Assembly: GCA_035221665.1 (NCBI GenBank)
Contig: CM069132.1
Location: forward strand, 83,080,001 to 83,144,000
Direction: 5' to 3'
DNA length: 64,000 nucleotides
From: Okamejei kenojei
Lineage: Eukaryota
Of the stretch, positions 37,401-50,013 are shown one piece after another. Under the pieces are notes generated by a model that had not been told where the DNA came from, made no database searches, and saw only the letters and a list, made by a program, of their open reading frames with translations. Made by a program: the position numbers and the translations under genes. How positions within the stretch are numbered: position 1 is the first letter of the stretch; each line of letters begins with the position of its first letter.

Positions 37401-38253
37401 ATGGTAGGTTGTCAGTTCCATCTGTAATATGAGTTCAGTTGAGGAGTGGCTGCACTTTGGAATAGGCAGCAATTCCAGAAAATCCCCATGCCTGTTTGCT
37501 GATCTGTAAGTTGAGTTGAGGTGACTTATCTGATACATCAATGAGCAAAAAAACTGCATGTGTGGCAGATATCACAGCAACCTGGAATAATCCTAAGTCT
37601 AGGCAGTTTATTGGAACAGTGACCTGGGCCTCCAGGGAGAATGCATTAGAGATATAAGCATTGTACTGCATTCAACTTCTCAGTAAATCATGGATTGAAG
37701 TTCGCACTTCAACCAGCACAAATTATGTTGGATGAGAGTGTTCTACAGATAAATCAGGATTGTTTGTATTGTCAAGGTTTAAAATCATGCCGCATACACA
37801 TGTTGAGAATTGTCCTTTTGTTAGTACTAACATCAATGGGCAAAAGAGAATTATCAGAAACAAACATCTTCTGGAAATTCCAGCAGTCATATTTCTTGAC
37901 AAGCACTAGGACATCCAGAAATATGTGTAATTTTACTCAACCAGGTGTTTAGCCACATTTCATTTCCATGGAAACATTTATTTCTGAGAACTATGGGAAA
38001 TAATTTCCAGTGTTATTTGTCTTGATTACTGGTGCATACTAGCTGTCATTACACCATTTACAAAATATAATTCAGCAAGTCAACACAACACAACACAACC
38101 AGCATCTCCAAAATCCATGAACCATCTGTATGGAAGGATCAGGTAGCATCCTAAGAGAACAAAGCCATCTGCAGGTGTTCTTTCAAACCATTCAACATTC
38201 AGTGTTGGAAATGTATTTTGTTATTTTATTGTCACTCGATTAAAACTACCAAA

Positions 38254-38829
38254 TGTAGTAATCCACGTATTCTGAAAAAACAATCTTTAATAGCAAATAC
38301 AGCTTTTAAACACATGTGCGTTAAATGAGAGTTCAAGCAAAGTCCCTGCTGTTGCTGTAGGACATACCAGTTGACTGATGACGTTCTTCATCCTCAACTC
38401 CCACCAAACTCAGTCACATGACCATCCTAGCTCTACTGACGAGAGTTTGATCTATAAGTAGCTCAACCACCAGATGGCACTACATGACCCCCCCTCCCCC
38501 CCCCCCCCCCCCCACAACCGGAGGAATGAAAATGAGCAGGCAGACGAACAAGGTGGCCTGATCTCATACACACATCACCCTTGCTCGAGCTCACCATTGT
38601 AGTAATCCATATGCTGTGAATAAAATGATCTTTATTAGCAAATACAGCTTTTAAACATACACGTGTTAAATGAGAGCTCAAACAAAGTCCCTGTTGTTGC
38701 TGTAGGAAACACCCGTTGACTGATGACGTTCTTCACCCCCAACTCCTGCCAAACTCAGTCACGTGACAGTCTCAGCTCTACTGATGAGGGTTTGATCGGT
38801 AAGTGGCTCAACCACCAGATGGCGCCACA
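38254..38829 (-). mobile_element. TRIM-like miniature LTR retroelement (two ~231-bp LTRs, 113-bp non-coding interior)
   Basis: LTRs 38254-38484 and 38598-38829 (TGT...ACA); minus-strand PBS-like TGGTGAGCTCGAGC next to the 5' LTR; poly-G PPT next to the 3' LTR; 4-bp TSD CAAA. Confidence 0.88.
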
Positions 38830-39819
38830 CAAATAACATTATTGGAGTCACATCACATGAACTGGAGTAGCTTAAGATGGCTATGGTCTTCTCCAGAACT
38901 ACTGGGAGTTGGCATTAACAGCTGCTCTTGCGTGTGACACCATGAAGACACATAATAGCCAGAAGCTTCACAACAGGGAGAAAAGCAAGGAAAATTGTTT
39001 GACAATCAAAGTCAATATAACTGCATATTTTGAGCAGAGCAATATGTAAAACTTTCATTTTAACACATTTTCATTTCAACAAGTATTCCTGATATTACAA
39101 CATGCAATTTAATATTAGCATAAATTCCCTGTCAAATAAATACATATGAATGAGGAATAAGCCTCTTGAGAATACTTATTTTATTGGGAAGAACCCTAGC
39201 TCTTGACAGCTCTTGAAAATTGCAGTGATAAACTAAAAGCACACTTAGTTATTACATATCACATGCCTTTTAGCATCTTCCCATTTACATTACTTCACCC
39301 CAACCTGTAATTCACAGAAATCTTGTTGACTCCTTTGGTCAATGACCATCATTGTTCCTTGATCAAATAAATTCGAACTTGCCTCCCTTGACCTTTGGAG
39401 GCTAAGATCTCAGTGCTCCATTAATTTATGCCTCTGGAGGATACTAATTTTAACCACTCCCCTACTGCCATCCTTTGCCTTTAGCAGTTTATATCCTAAA
39501 CACTGAAACTTTCACTCCAAGTCTTTCTTCCTTTAAGGCATTCTTTAAAACTTACAGTAGCTTTTTGATCAAGGTGACCTGAGATCCTGGTGGTTTCATT
39601 TGATAACTATTCTGGGAAGCAGCTTGCAATTTGTGTTTTACTTCATTAAAGGCACTATGTAAATGTAGGGAAATGTTTTTGTAAACCATGCGGATCATAA
39701 ACCAGGACATAGATTAATGGAATTTATGATTCAGGTCAGCTCGAGGTATGTTTGCATAACCTGCCATAGCTTTGCAATTGGCTTGATACTCACCTTGTCC
39801 CTGTCAGCAGTGAGGATCT

Positions 39820-40365
39820 CAGAATCAGAAACAGAATCAGAATAAATTTATTGGCCAAGTATGTATGCAAGGAATTTGACGGTGCATATTCCACCGCCTC
39901 TTGATTTCCCCACTGCTTCCGCTTCACTCTGTGTAGTTGAAAGCCAGCCAGTTGCAGTGCATTGTCTGGGGTCGACTCACATAGCCATGTCTCAGTGAAC
40001 ACAGGGCAGTGGATCAAGAGAAATCGTTTTTGTTTGGCACAGGAGTTGCAGTTCGCCCACTGCAAGGAATATTCTCGGGAGCGCTCTGCGTAATCCTCGT
40101 TGCCGGAGTCGAAGAGTGCCCCAGAGCTCTTCCCCGGGGTCCTCCTATGTCTCACACCCTTGGACATAACCACAGCCCTGCCGACAAGTATATACAAATA
40201 ATCCAGCGAATGAGAGAAATCTGGAACAATGTTTGGAGGAACCGAATGTTTGATGTTGATGTGTTTCTCTCTCATGAAAGTGATCTTTATGGGATTTCCA
40301 TGGATGACACAAATGAACAAACGCAAACAAAACAGTAAGGAACAGTATACTATGGCAGCCATGGC
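39820..40365 (-). mobile_element. Internally deleted Rex1/Babar-type LINE (5' region and endonuclease start joined to 3' tail)
   Basis: ITFMREKHINIK..ILVG..GKSSGAL and VFTETWLCESTPDNALQLAGFQLHR, then immediately ..cttggccaataaattt(attctg)n tail. Confidence 0.7.
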
Positions 40366-42544
40366 ATATTTGTTCTAATCTCATGTTATTATTACTGAAA
40401 AGTTTGCTAGGGTCTAAAGATATTTGTTAGTAGCATCGTATTTCCTGGTTCAGTGACCCCAATACTCCAGCATTTCCTCTTTTGCTTTTGTGTTAACAGT
40501 GATTATGGGCCCCACCCTATTTCACCACTCATGGTTCTAGTGCCTAAAAGGTGAGAACTGTTGCTCCGACAACTTATTAAGATAGCAGACTTAAGCAACA
40601 CTGAAACAGGGGATGAATGAAGGATGGGAAAAAAAAAACTGATGAGTGCCGTGAATGCTTGAAGAGCAACAAAACTTTTCAATGTAGAATGGCATCAAAA
40701 TTTATTGAGGACACACTACAGAATTAAATATGCAGATAAAGACAGCAAGGGACAGATTGCTCTCAGCAGGATGTTATTGTTCCATTTTTTATACATAGTT
40801 CATCATTTAATATTGATGTGAAATAACCGATATGTTCCATTATCTGGTTGGGTTTAATCATTAGTTGACATTTTGCCAACCTCAAATATCATTTGCATTT
40901 ATTGATGTGTGTAACAACATTTGGTCAAAGTTATAACCTGGCATGGAATTTTACACCCTTGATCAGAATATTATAAATCTTGATAGTGGATGTTCTGTTC
41001 ATTAGATGCAGATTCTGCAGGGTACACTGAGCATTGTGGCTGAAATAAAACAGCACTCTCTGCCCAGCCTTGTGAATTCATAATCCATTTTAGTTCAAAT
41101 AGGATGTGGGACGTGTGAAATTTGGAAGGTGATTGTGCCTACTTTGGAGCAACTTTGGTCACTGATGGGCAAAATCATCAAGGGAATGGTAACAAGATTG
41201 CCATATCTGTCTGATCATGAGTTGCTTTGTCTCTCTCGATGTATACTTTAGCATCCCTCTCATGCATAGCGATGGTATGAATCAATTTCTCGGTCTATAA
41301 CTTCTAATTTGTGAAGCTCTTGGATATCAAACCGAACAGATGCCTTCTGCTCCCTGCTGTGTGATCATTGCTTAAAATTGCTGTTTGAGCAAAGAAAAAC
41401 TGTTGCAGAGTAGTGGGAAAAATGCTGTAATGTGCATGTGTGCCGTTAGAGGCATTAGGGCATAGTGCCATAGGGATTTGATTTTAAGCAAAGATATCCC
41501 GAGAGCTGTTATTGCATTCAGATAAGACATTTATTGGATACATGGTGAAGAATATAAGAAGCCACACTGACCTTGTATTTTTGGCAGTCGTTCGATTGAC
41601 TATTTACAGAAAGCATTCTGCATTCTGAAGGAATGGGAACAGTAGATTACTGCCATCCGACTAACAGGCAGACAGCACTTGCATCTCATTCTGAGTACAA
41701 TCAACCCACAATCAGTAGTCAAAGGAAGTGTCAATGCCAGAGGATTGCATGAACAGCTGTTTCTCAGCTCAGGCAAACTTGCCAGATTTCTGAATTTGTA
41801 TATCACTTGCGATCTGGCAGGTAAAGTGAGCGGGCAAGAAAAATTAGCAGATGGGGTATAATGTTGGAAATATGAAAACAACCATTTTGAACGAAGATGA
41901 GAGAATCATTTTCTTACATGACAATGCAATTAATAAATAGTATGGAGCAGGATTTGTATGGCCTAATACATTTAGTTTGTATCCAAAGGTGGCTGAATTT
42001 GATTCTGTCAAATTAGAGGAATGAGGACATATTTTTTTGTGTGCAAATTGTGGATAAATCAGATTTGCAATGTGCAGAATTTGCAGTGCAGTGCAATTTG
42101 CAGTGCAGAAATTGGCCCTTTGGCCCTTTGGCCCACAATTCCTGTGTTGACATGATGCCAAGATGCTTTTCCGACCATTTGCAGCTGAAGTGCAGGCCAT
42201 TGGATATTTGGAATGGACATTTGCTGATGCAAAACAGTTTCTTGCACAGAAAGAAAGACACAATATGTTGGAGCAACTCGGCGGGTCAATTGCTCCTGCA
42301 TTTTTGTGTCTATCATTGATGTGAACCATCAACTGCAGTTCCTTCCTATGCACTTACTTGCACATGTCATTTTTCCAACAATGTTCACGCAGGTGATGAT
42401 ACCATCATCAAATGTGATGCTGAAATCAGTCTTGTGGTTGGATTTCCCACAGCATGTTGTGAAGTAAAGGTGAATTAAAATTTCCTGAGTTATGTCCCAT
42501 TCATCTTGGTGCAGATCTGCTTTCACAGGTGCTTTCACTTGGTA

Positions 42545-43872
42545 AACCATCAGACACTGAACATGTTCTGAAAATGTGAGCCATTCAACTGGGCACAGTC
42601 TTCACCAGCATCTTCAACCTCTCATCTCCACATTATTTTGCCCCATCTGTTTTAAGTAAACCTTCATAATTCTGGCCCCCCAGAAAAATAAAATGACTGT
42701 CTCAATGACGGATGCCCAGTAGCTCTAACATCGACCATTAATGAAGTGCATTCAAAGACTGGTTATGGCCCAGAATTGCTCCAGTCTTCCAGACAAACTA
42801 ACCTCCTTACAGTTGGTATATAGGAAAAATAGATCTATGGAAGAACACTTTTGCTACACTCTTGCTTTCAGCCCTGGGTGACATTGATATTAAGAACACC
42901 TGTGTCAGGATTCCATTTATAGATTACTTCTCAGCCTTCAGCACCATAACACCAAATCAGTTCCTCCCTAAATGCCTGGATGAGACTGCGTGCTCAGTCC
43001 CCTGCTCAGCCCCCTCTCTATGCCCATGACTGTGTAGTCGGACACAGTTCTATCTCCATTTTCAAATTGGCTGACGACACCACCATCGTTAGACAAATTA
43101 CAGAGAGCGATGTCAGAATATAGGAGGGAGATCCATCGAAGTGTGCTAGAACAGCAACCATGCTCTCAAAGTCAGAAAAAATCTAGAAGCTGATTATTTG
43201 CTTAGGAAGAGGAAGTCTGAGGATCCACAAACCTGTCTTCATCGATGGGACAGTGGTGGAGAGAGTCAAAAACTCCAAATTCCTGGGCGTGCGTAGCTCT
43301 GAAGAGCTGTCCTGGACCCTGCACTTTGATGCAATCATCAAGAAAGCCCAACAATGCATCCACTTCCTCAGAAGGCTGAGGAGATTTGGTATGTCAACTA
43401 ATACTTTTGCACTCCGACAGGTGTACAGTAGAGAGCATATTGACTGGTTGCAAAATGGCCTGATTTGGCAACTCGACCGTCCTGGAACAAAGAAGATTGC
43501 AAAAAGTGGTGAACGCTGCCCAGTCCATCACGTATACGGATCTCACCACCATTGAAGGGATCTACAGGAGTCACTGCCTCAAAAAGGCAGTTAGCATCAT
43601 CAAAGACCCACACCACCCTGGCCAAACTCCCATTTTACTCCTGCCATTGGGAAGAAGTTACAGAAGCCTGAAAACAGTAACATACAGGTTCAGGAGCAGT
43701 TTATTCCCAACAAACATCAGGCTATTAAACACCACAACCTCCAAATAAAGCATGCACTACATAGATTTGAGACATTGTTTTTGTCTTTGGACTATATATA
43801 CTGAATTTTTTGTTGTTTATTATGGTACCAACAGAGTAATATGTTTACATATCGTTGTGTTGCTGCAAGTAA
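42545..43872 (+). mobile_element. Degenerate Rex1/Babar-type LINE RT and 3' end
   Basis: PVALTSTI, FKLADDTTIV, VERVKNSKFLGV..IIKKAQQ..HFLRRLRRFG, HCLKKAVSIIKDPHHPG. Confidence 0.8.
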
Positions 43873-44895
43873 AAGGACTGTCCCACTGCGGTAACCTAAT
43901 CTGCGAGTTTAGAAGAGTTTGGCCTTGACTCAAACTCGCAGCATGGTCGACACGTGGTCCTAGGAGGTCCTATGAGGTCACTGGAACTGTCCTTCATGCT
44001 CGAGGGAAATTCCCGCAGCCTCAGTTTGCTCAACGAACATGTTTTTGCATGTTGAAAAATTTTCTGCGAGTAAAAATTGGTCGGCATGGTTCTTTTGAAC
44101 TTGTAGTGCAGTGGAGTGGGGTCGCTATGTAGTTCCAGGCAGTCAAGGGCAGCCGTAGGCAAACTCCATCACTGACTGGGCATTTCAATTGGCTCATTGG
44201 CGTTTTCAGGACCAAGGAAAACTGACCGGTAATGTTAAATGCCCACTAAACTTTATTAAAAGTTGTCTGGCATCTCCCCCCTCCTCCTTCTCCCCCCCCT
44301 TCCATCCCCCCTTCCACTCCCCGTTCCACCACCCACCCCTTCCATCCCACCCTCCCCCCACTTTTTCTCCCCCACCCTTTTTCTCCCCCCTTCAACATGC
44401 TAAAAAATGCCCGCGGGTAAAAAAAGTCGCCATGGAAAAAAAAATAATAATTTTTACTCGTAGGTTTAGTCGACGTAATCGAGAAAGAGCTATCAATCTG
44501 TCAATCCTTTCCGTGTCTGGGCCGGGTGAGGTTTCCAGTGTTGAGTCAAATTAAGCCGCAGGCTCCGCTCCTGGTGGTGTACTTCCGTCAATTCCTTTAG
44601 GTCGGCATGTTATTCGTAGGTAATCGAGGGTAGTCGAAGGTAGTCGAAGGTAGTCATAGATAGTCTTCAACATAGTCGAAGGGAGGTCGAAGGAGGTCGA
44701 AGGAGGTCGTCTTCATTCTCCACTATTCGGTGTCCAATTTTCCTGAAGCTAGCAGAAGCTTGTCAAAGCTAATCTTCAACATAGTCGAAGGAGGTCTAAG
44801 GAGCTCTTCCACATAGTCGAAGGAGGTCTTCAACATGACACTTTTTCAAACTCTTCTAAACTCGCCAATTAGGTCACTGCAGTGGGACAGGCCCT
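43873..44895. mobile_element. Complete MITE (probably PIF/Harbinger) with ~45-bp TIRs
   Basis: ggactgtcccactgcggtaacctaat..gcgagtttagaagagttt / aaactcttctaaactcgccaattaggtcactgcagtgggacaggccc; internal (tagtcgaagg)n repeats. Confidence 0.82.
44477..44599 (-). rRNA. 18S rRNA gene fragment (123 bp, pseudogenic)
   Basis: The reverse complement matches conserved 18S TAAAGGAATTGACGGAAG..CACCACCAGGAG..GCCTGCGGCTTAATTTGACTCAACAC..GGAAAGGATTGACAGATTGATAGCTCTTTCTCGATT with ~5 substitutions. Confidence 0.95.
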
Positions 44896-44898
44896 TTA

Positions 44899-45549
44899 GG
44901 TCTCCCGCGAGTAAAAAAAGGTTGCCATGGAAAATATCGATATTTTTTTACTCATAGGTTTAGTTGAGGTAGGTTGTAATAGGTTGTAATGCTATTGTAG
45001 GTCATCAAAGGTAATCGAAGGTAATCAAAGGCAGTCGAAATTAAAGCTCGTTGAATAAAAAAAAGTAAGTAAACCGGTAATGTTAAATGCCCGCTAAACT
45101 TTATTAAAAGTTGTCTGGCTTCTTAAAAGTGTCTCCATTCATTCCCCCCCCCCCCCCCCCCCCCTTCTCTACCCTTCTCTTCCCCCACCCACCCCCCTCC
45201 ACACTCTCTAAACGACTTACCATAACTGTGCCAGCCATCTTTTACCTTCCTGTTCATCGCGGGTGTGAATTTCAGACAGCTCTCCCCCGCTTTANNNNNN
45301 NNNNNNNNNNNNNNNNNNNNNNNNNNNNNNNNNNNNNNNNNNNNNNNNNNNNNNNNNNNNNNNNNNNNNNNNNNNNNNNNNNNNNNNNNNNNNNNNNNNN
45401 NNNNNNNNNNNNNNNNNNNNNNNNNNNNNNNNNNNNNTCGCGGTTTCATCGCTGACAGTCGATCCAGCTCGAGGTTTTTCAGGCGAGTGCCCTCGAGCTT
45501 GAAGGTCGAAGACAGTCGCTGAAAAGTCTCATTAGTGGGACAGGCCCTT
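44899..45549. mobile_element. Right half of a related MITE, containing a gap
   Basis: Ends in agtgggacaggccctt; similar to 22160-22588 plus 31092-31231. Confidence 0.75.
45295..45437. other. Assembly gap (143 N)
   Basis: Run of N. Confidence 1.
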
Positions 45550-45959
45550 CAGTGTTTAATGAATGCAATCACAGCACACATATATTCTCCTGATTCTAAA
45601 GAGCCAATAACCCATTTCTCACACTGGCAGGCGGTCATTTGCAGCATGGCACTTGATCAGCTGAGCAGACACTTTACTTAGCTGCCATGAAGAGAGTACT
45701 GAAGTGACTGACTCATTTCAGAGTATAATTTGTCTTCTAGAAATATCCAAGGCAATCTTTCAATGGATGAGACGGGATCTAAACAATGCCTATGATTCTT
45801 TTCAACATGTTTTAACAATTAAGCAGTTTATATAGACCTCCCATTTAAAAATCAGACATTAAAAAGAACATCCATTTTGTTCATCAAGATAAAAAAAACA
45901 CAATCTCCAGCAATGGAAAAGTATCTTATACTGCCAGATTTTGATGTGTAGATGTACTA

Positions 45960-47506
45960 ATGGGCCTGTCCCACTTCGGCAAATTTTCAGCGGACTGCCG
46001 GTGACTGTCAAGAGTAGAACTCTTGACAGCCTGAAAAACCGCCAACAGGAACGGCGACTGTCAGAGTAGAACACACACAAACACATCACTTGGCTGACTG
46101 TAGGAGTGGGGCACCATTGTGTATGGCTGCTCTGCCTGCAGTCCGTCCTTTCATCCTTTTTTATGTTTATTTTTAGCCCTGTTAAAAACAAAATGTTTGT
46201 TGGAGGTCTTCTTTTATGTAGTGGGTGGGGGAGGGGTAAGGGGAAACTTTATTTCCTAGTCCCTACCTGGTCGTAGAGCTGCTTCTTCGCCCCTTCCTCA
46301 CGGCCTACCATTGGACTGGAGCGGCGTTTCCTGTCGGGACCAGCCAGAACCCCAGCTGCAGCGGTGGCACAGTGCTGGGACACCATCACGGAGTGCTGTG
46401 ACCGCCGACTCCAACATCCAAGAAGCTGTCCAGCCGCGGGCGGCGCTGGAATTAAAACGCCGCAGAGCCTGGGATCCGAGATCGCCACAGTCGGAGCTCC
46501 AACCAGCGCGGCCTGAGGACTTCGGGAGCTGCGCTCTCCTGGTAGGAAGCGGCTGCTCCAGACATTCCAAGCCACTGAGGAGTGTTCACCTGACGCCCGA
46601 GTTCCATCTTCCTGGCCTGAAAACATCGGACTGGCTGCGGAGGCCACAAATAGGCCCCGACCTTGGGTGATCACAGAGGAAGAGGACTGAACTTTACAAT
46701 GCCTTTCCCCACAGTGGAATTTTTTGATTCTGCTATGGGGGGACGTTCTGTTGAACTATATAATGTGTTGTGTCATTTATAAAAAAAAATAAAATCTATG
46801 GTTGTATGGAAACTTAATTATTTCTTCTATGTAAAGCACTTTGGTGTCAAAGCGAGTTTATTTAAACGTGCTATATAAATAAAATGTACTTACTTACTTA
46901 CTTCCTTCATCAGCCCCATTATGCAGGTGGGGGACAGGGCAAGCAGGGAGAGTACTGTCTAAAGAATTCACACGGTGCAAAGCCAAGATGAAACAGACAC
47001 TCACCACGATGAACAGGAAGGTTGGCGCTGTAATAAGACGGCTAAAGCACGGTGTACGGTAAGTCCTTTAGAAGAGCGGGAGAGAGGGGGGGAGATGGGG
47101 GAGGGGGGGGGGAAGGGGGGAGAAGGAGTGGAGACAACCTTTAAGAAGCTAGAAATACATGGCTGTGAAGCTCAGCGGACATTTAACATTACCGGTCGGT
47201 TATCCATCGTTCTGAAAACTACTGCTTACCTTTTTTTTCCTCAATGAGCCAATGAAATTCACTGGTCAGCACCGACTACAACCTACGAGAACCTCTGAGA
47301 GCCATTGACCTCCTTGTAATCCATTAGGACCTCCTGGCGACCCACCTATGACTCGAGAATTCTATCTACACTCCATGGCGGCTTCATTCTGGTCACCGCT
47401 AATTTTTCAACATGTTGAAAAATTCATGGCGACCATAAAGGCGACTCCCTGGCAACCACCCGCGAACATGTGGCGACTAGAAAGTCGCCTAAATGGGAAA
47501 GGCCAT
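45960..47506. mobile_element. MITE of the same TIR family (opposite orientation), interrupted at ~46091-46903
   Basis: taa|tgggcctgtcccactt ... aaatgggaaaggcca|tta; perfect palindrome AATTTTTCAACATGTTGAAAAATT at 47401-47424. Confidence 0.75.
46091..46903 (+). mobile_element. GC-rich non-autonomous retroposon with L2-like 3' tail and (TACT)n end
   Basis: tgtaaagcactttgg..aaacgtgctatataaataaaatg(tact)n; no credible ORF. Confidence 0.55.
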
Positions 47507-49464
47507 TATGCATCAGTTTAATTGCACAAGTCCTTTCTCATGATTCCTTCTCATTCTTCCCTGCCTTGTTATATTTTGTCACTTGAGTTTTGTTACCGCT
47601 TCCCTCCCTTCACCATTGCTGCCACACACCCACCACTCCACCTTGCGCTCATGAAATTAATCTGTTCTAAGAATCTACCCATATCACTGTTACTTTCTTT
47701 ATTTACTGATAATGCCAGACACTCTCTCCATTTTACATTCCTTCAAACCATAGTCAGCCCTTGGTTCCCTTTCTGCTTTCTAACTACTGCCTTAACTTCA
47801 TAAAGAACAATAACTTCTATTTATCATCCAGCAAAACATCAGAAGGTGCTTCACAGGAGATATTAGACCAGATGATGAAAGCTTTTAAGCAGTTCTTTAA
47901 GGAAGGTATTTGATCAAGAGGCAGACAATATAGGAAGGGGCACATACATTGTGCTGAGGTCTTTTGAATGCATTGTTGCCATCACATTCGATACCTCTTT
48001 GGCTCTTTGGAATATTAGTAATGTACTCTCATTCACCCAGTGTTTTTCTTTCCTTACTGCTCTCATCTTCTAACATCTATTCTCTTCAAATCAGGTTTTT
48101 CTTCTGCTCCTTATTGACCATTCTTCATAATTGAATTCTCTAAAGCATACTAAATAAGAAAAATAAATATCAGAATATAACCTGCAAAGATAACTGCATT
48201 TATTTCTTGTCACAGACAATGAGTACTTCCAATATTTTATTTTCTCATCTTGCAACAAATTATGATAGGGTAGGAACTTGAGTTTTATCTAGAGTCGTTT
48301 TGCATTGTAGTCATTGTTACAACCCGTTTTGCTCACGGGTCCAGCATCTGCAGTTTCTTGTGTATTTTTTTTAATCAATCTGCAAATATATACGTTCCAA
48401 GAAACAACAATGATATAACTGATAGAAGAATGTGTCAGATGTTTGGTTGAGGCATCACTAATGGTTGGAATGTTGCCCATTCAAACTTTTCTTTGGAATT
48501 CATTCACTCAGAATGTTTTGCAGATTCTTTGTATATGAGTACATTTAAAGCTGAAATTGATTGATAGATTTTTAGGTAATGAAGCAATCAATGGGTTTAT
48601 GGCTCTGTGGGTAAATCAGTTATGCAGAACATTCCTATAGCCACGATACAATCATAATTACAATGCAGATTTTCAAGAAATTCTAGTCTATAGTTCTGGT
48701 GGGATCTCTGTGTCCGTAACATTGTCATATGTTACTTAGGAAGTAATTGCATATGCTGGTTTACACCGAAGGTAGACACAAAAATGCTGGAGTAACGTGA
48801 CACAAAACATCACCTACTCCTATTTTCCAGAGATGCTGCCTTAATAGGTGAGTTACTCCAGCTTTTTGTGTCTATCATACATTGCTTATATATGTCTTAG
48901 CAACAATAAATCTGTAGCAAAGGCAGCAACGGATTATGTGACAGCAAAATTGAAAGTGGAAGCAAAGCAGAAATTTATTGAATAGAGGAATGGCCGACAG
49001 TCTGAAGTAACCGACCCCTGCTCTTGTTTCTTCTATTCTTATATTGTATTTCACTGTCCCAATTGAATAAGCACGTTGAAACCAGGAAAGTCAAAGGCAA
49101 ATCTCTGTTTGAACAAATCAGAAGAATAATATTGTCATTTCCTTTATCTTCCCACAACTAGAATTGGGGGGAAAAACTTCCACGAAATTTGTTGGATAAG
49201 CCTAAATAAGGGCCATTTATCAGAAGGGAATGGTTTGGATGCATTTTGGAATAGACGGAGTGATTTTTCTTAACCAAATCAATAAATGTGTCTTTATTTA
49301 AAAGATTGCAGTTCCAACCAATGAGCAATTAAATTATCTATTTCTGGATTATATTAATTATTGGGAGTGGCATGAGGGATGTCAAGTGTTAGAATGTACA
49401 AATCTTTAAACAAAGTTAATGTTTGTAAAGTCATATAGATTTTTTGGATGCACATTCAATGAGA

Positions 49465-49745
49465 CTAGAGGGCAGATCCTCAGAATAAAAGGATGAACCC
49501 TTAGAATGGAGATGATGAGGAATTTGTTTAACCAGAGGGTGATGAATCTGTGGACTCCATTGCCACAGATAGCTGTGGAGGCCGAGCCATCGGGTATTTT
49601 TAAAGCTGAGATTGATGGGTTCTTGATTAGTAAGGGTGCCAAGGGTTACTGGGAGAAGGCAGGAGAATGGATTTGAGAGGGGGAAAATAGATCAGCCATG
49701 ATTGGCCAAATGGCCAAATTCTGCTCCTATTCCTTATGCTTTTAT
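49465..49745 (+). mobile_element. CR1 LINE 3' end
   Basis: actagagggca..ctcagaataaaagg..gagatgatgaggaattt..ccagagggtgatgaatctgtgga. Confidence 0.8.
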
Positions 49746-49977
49746 GGAGACTCATTTGCTGCTGTGACAGTAACTGTCAAGCAATTATTCTTTTGCTTCT
49801 ATCATTGTAATCAGAATCTTAAAGTACTTCATCTTGGATTAACTGAATTCATTCTTTGATATTACATACTCAGTAGTCTTGTGTTAAAGAAGGAACTGCA
49901 GATGCTGGAGAATCGAGGGTACACAAAAGGCTGGAGAAACTCAGCGGGTGCAGCAGCATCTAAGGAGCGAAGGAGAT

Positions 49978-50013
49978 AGGCGACGTTTCGGGTCGAGACC
50001 CTTCTTCAGACTG
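49978..50013 (-). ncRNA. Minimal hammerhead-ribozyme-like core in the Penelope terminus
   Basis: Minus strand reads agt-CTGAAGA-a-GGGTC-tc-GACCC-GAAAC-GTC-gcc; stem I is only ~2 bp in this copy. Confidence 0.55.

Noticed and set aside
38425-38810. CTGACGAG/CTGATGAG in the TRIM LTRs as a possible retrozyme hammerhead
   Set aside because: No downstream stem II plus GAAA, and the motif is antisense to the element's PBS/PPT orientation.
44477-44599. Functional rDNA locus
   Set aside because: Only 123 bp, mutated at conserved positions, with no flanking rDNA.
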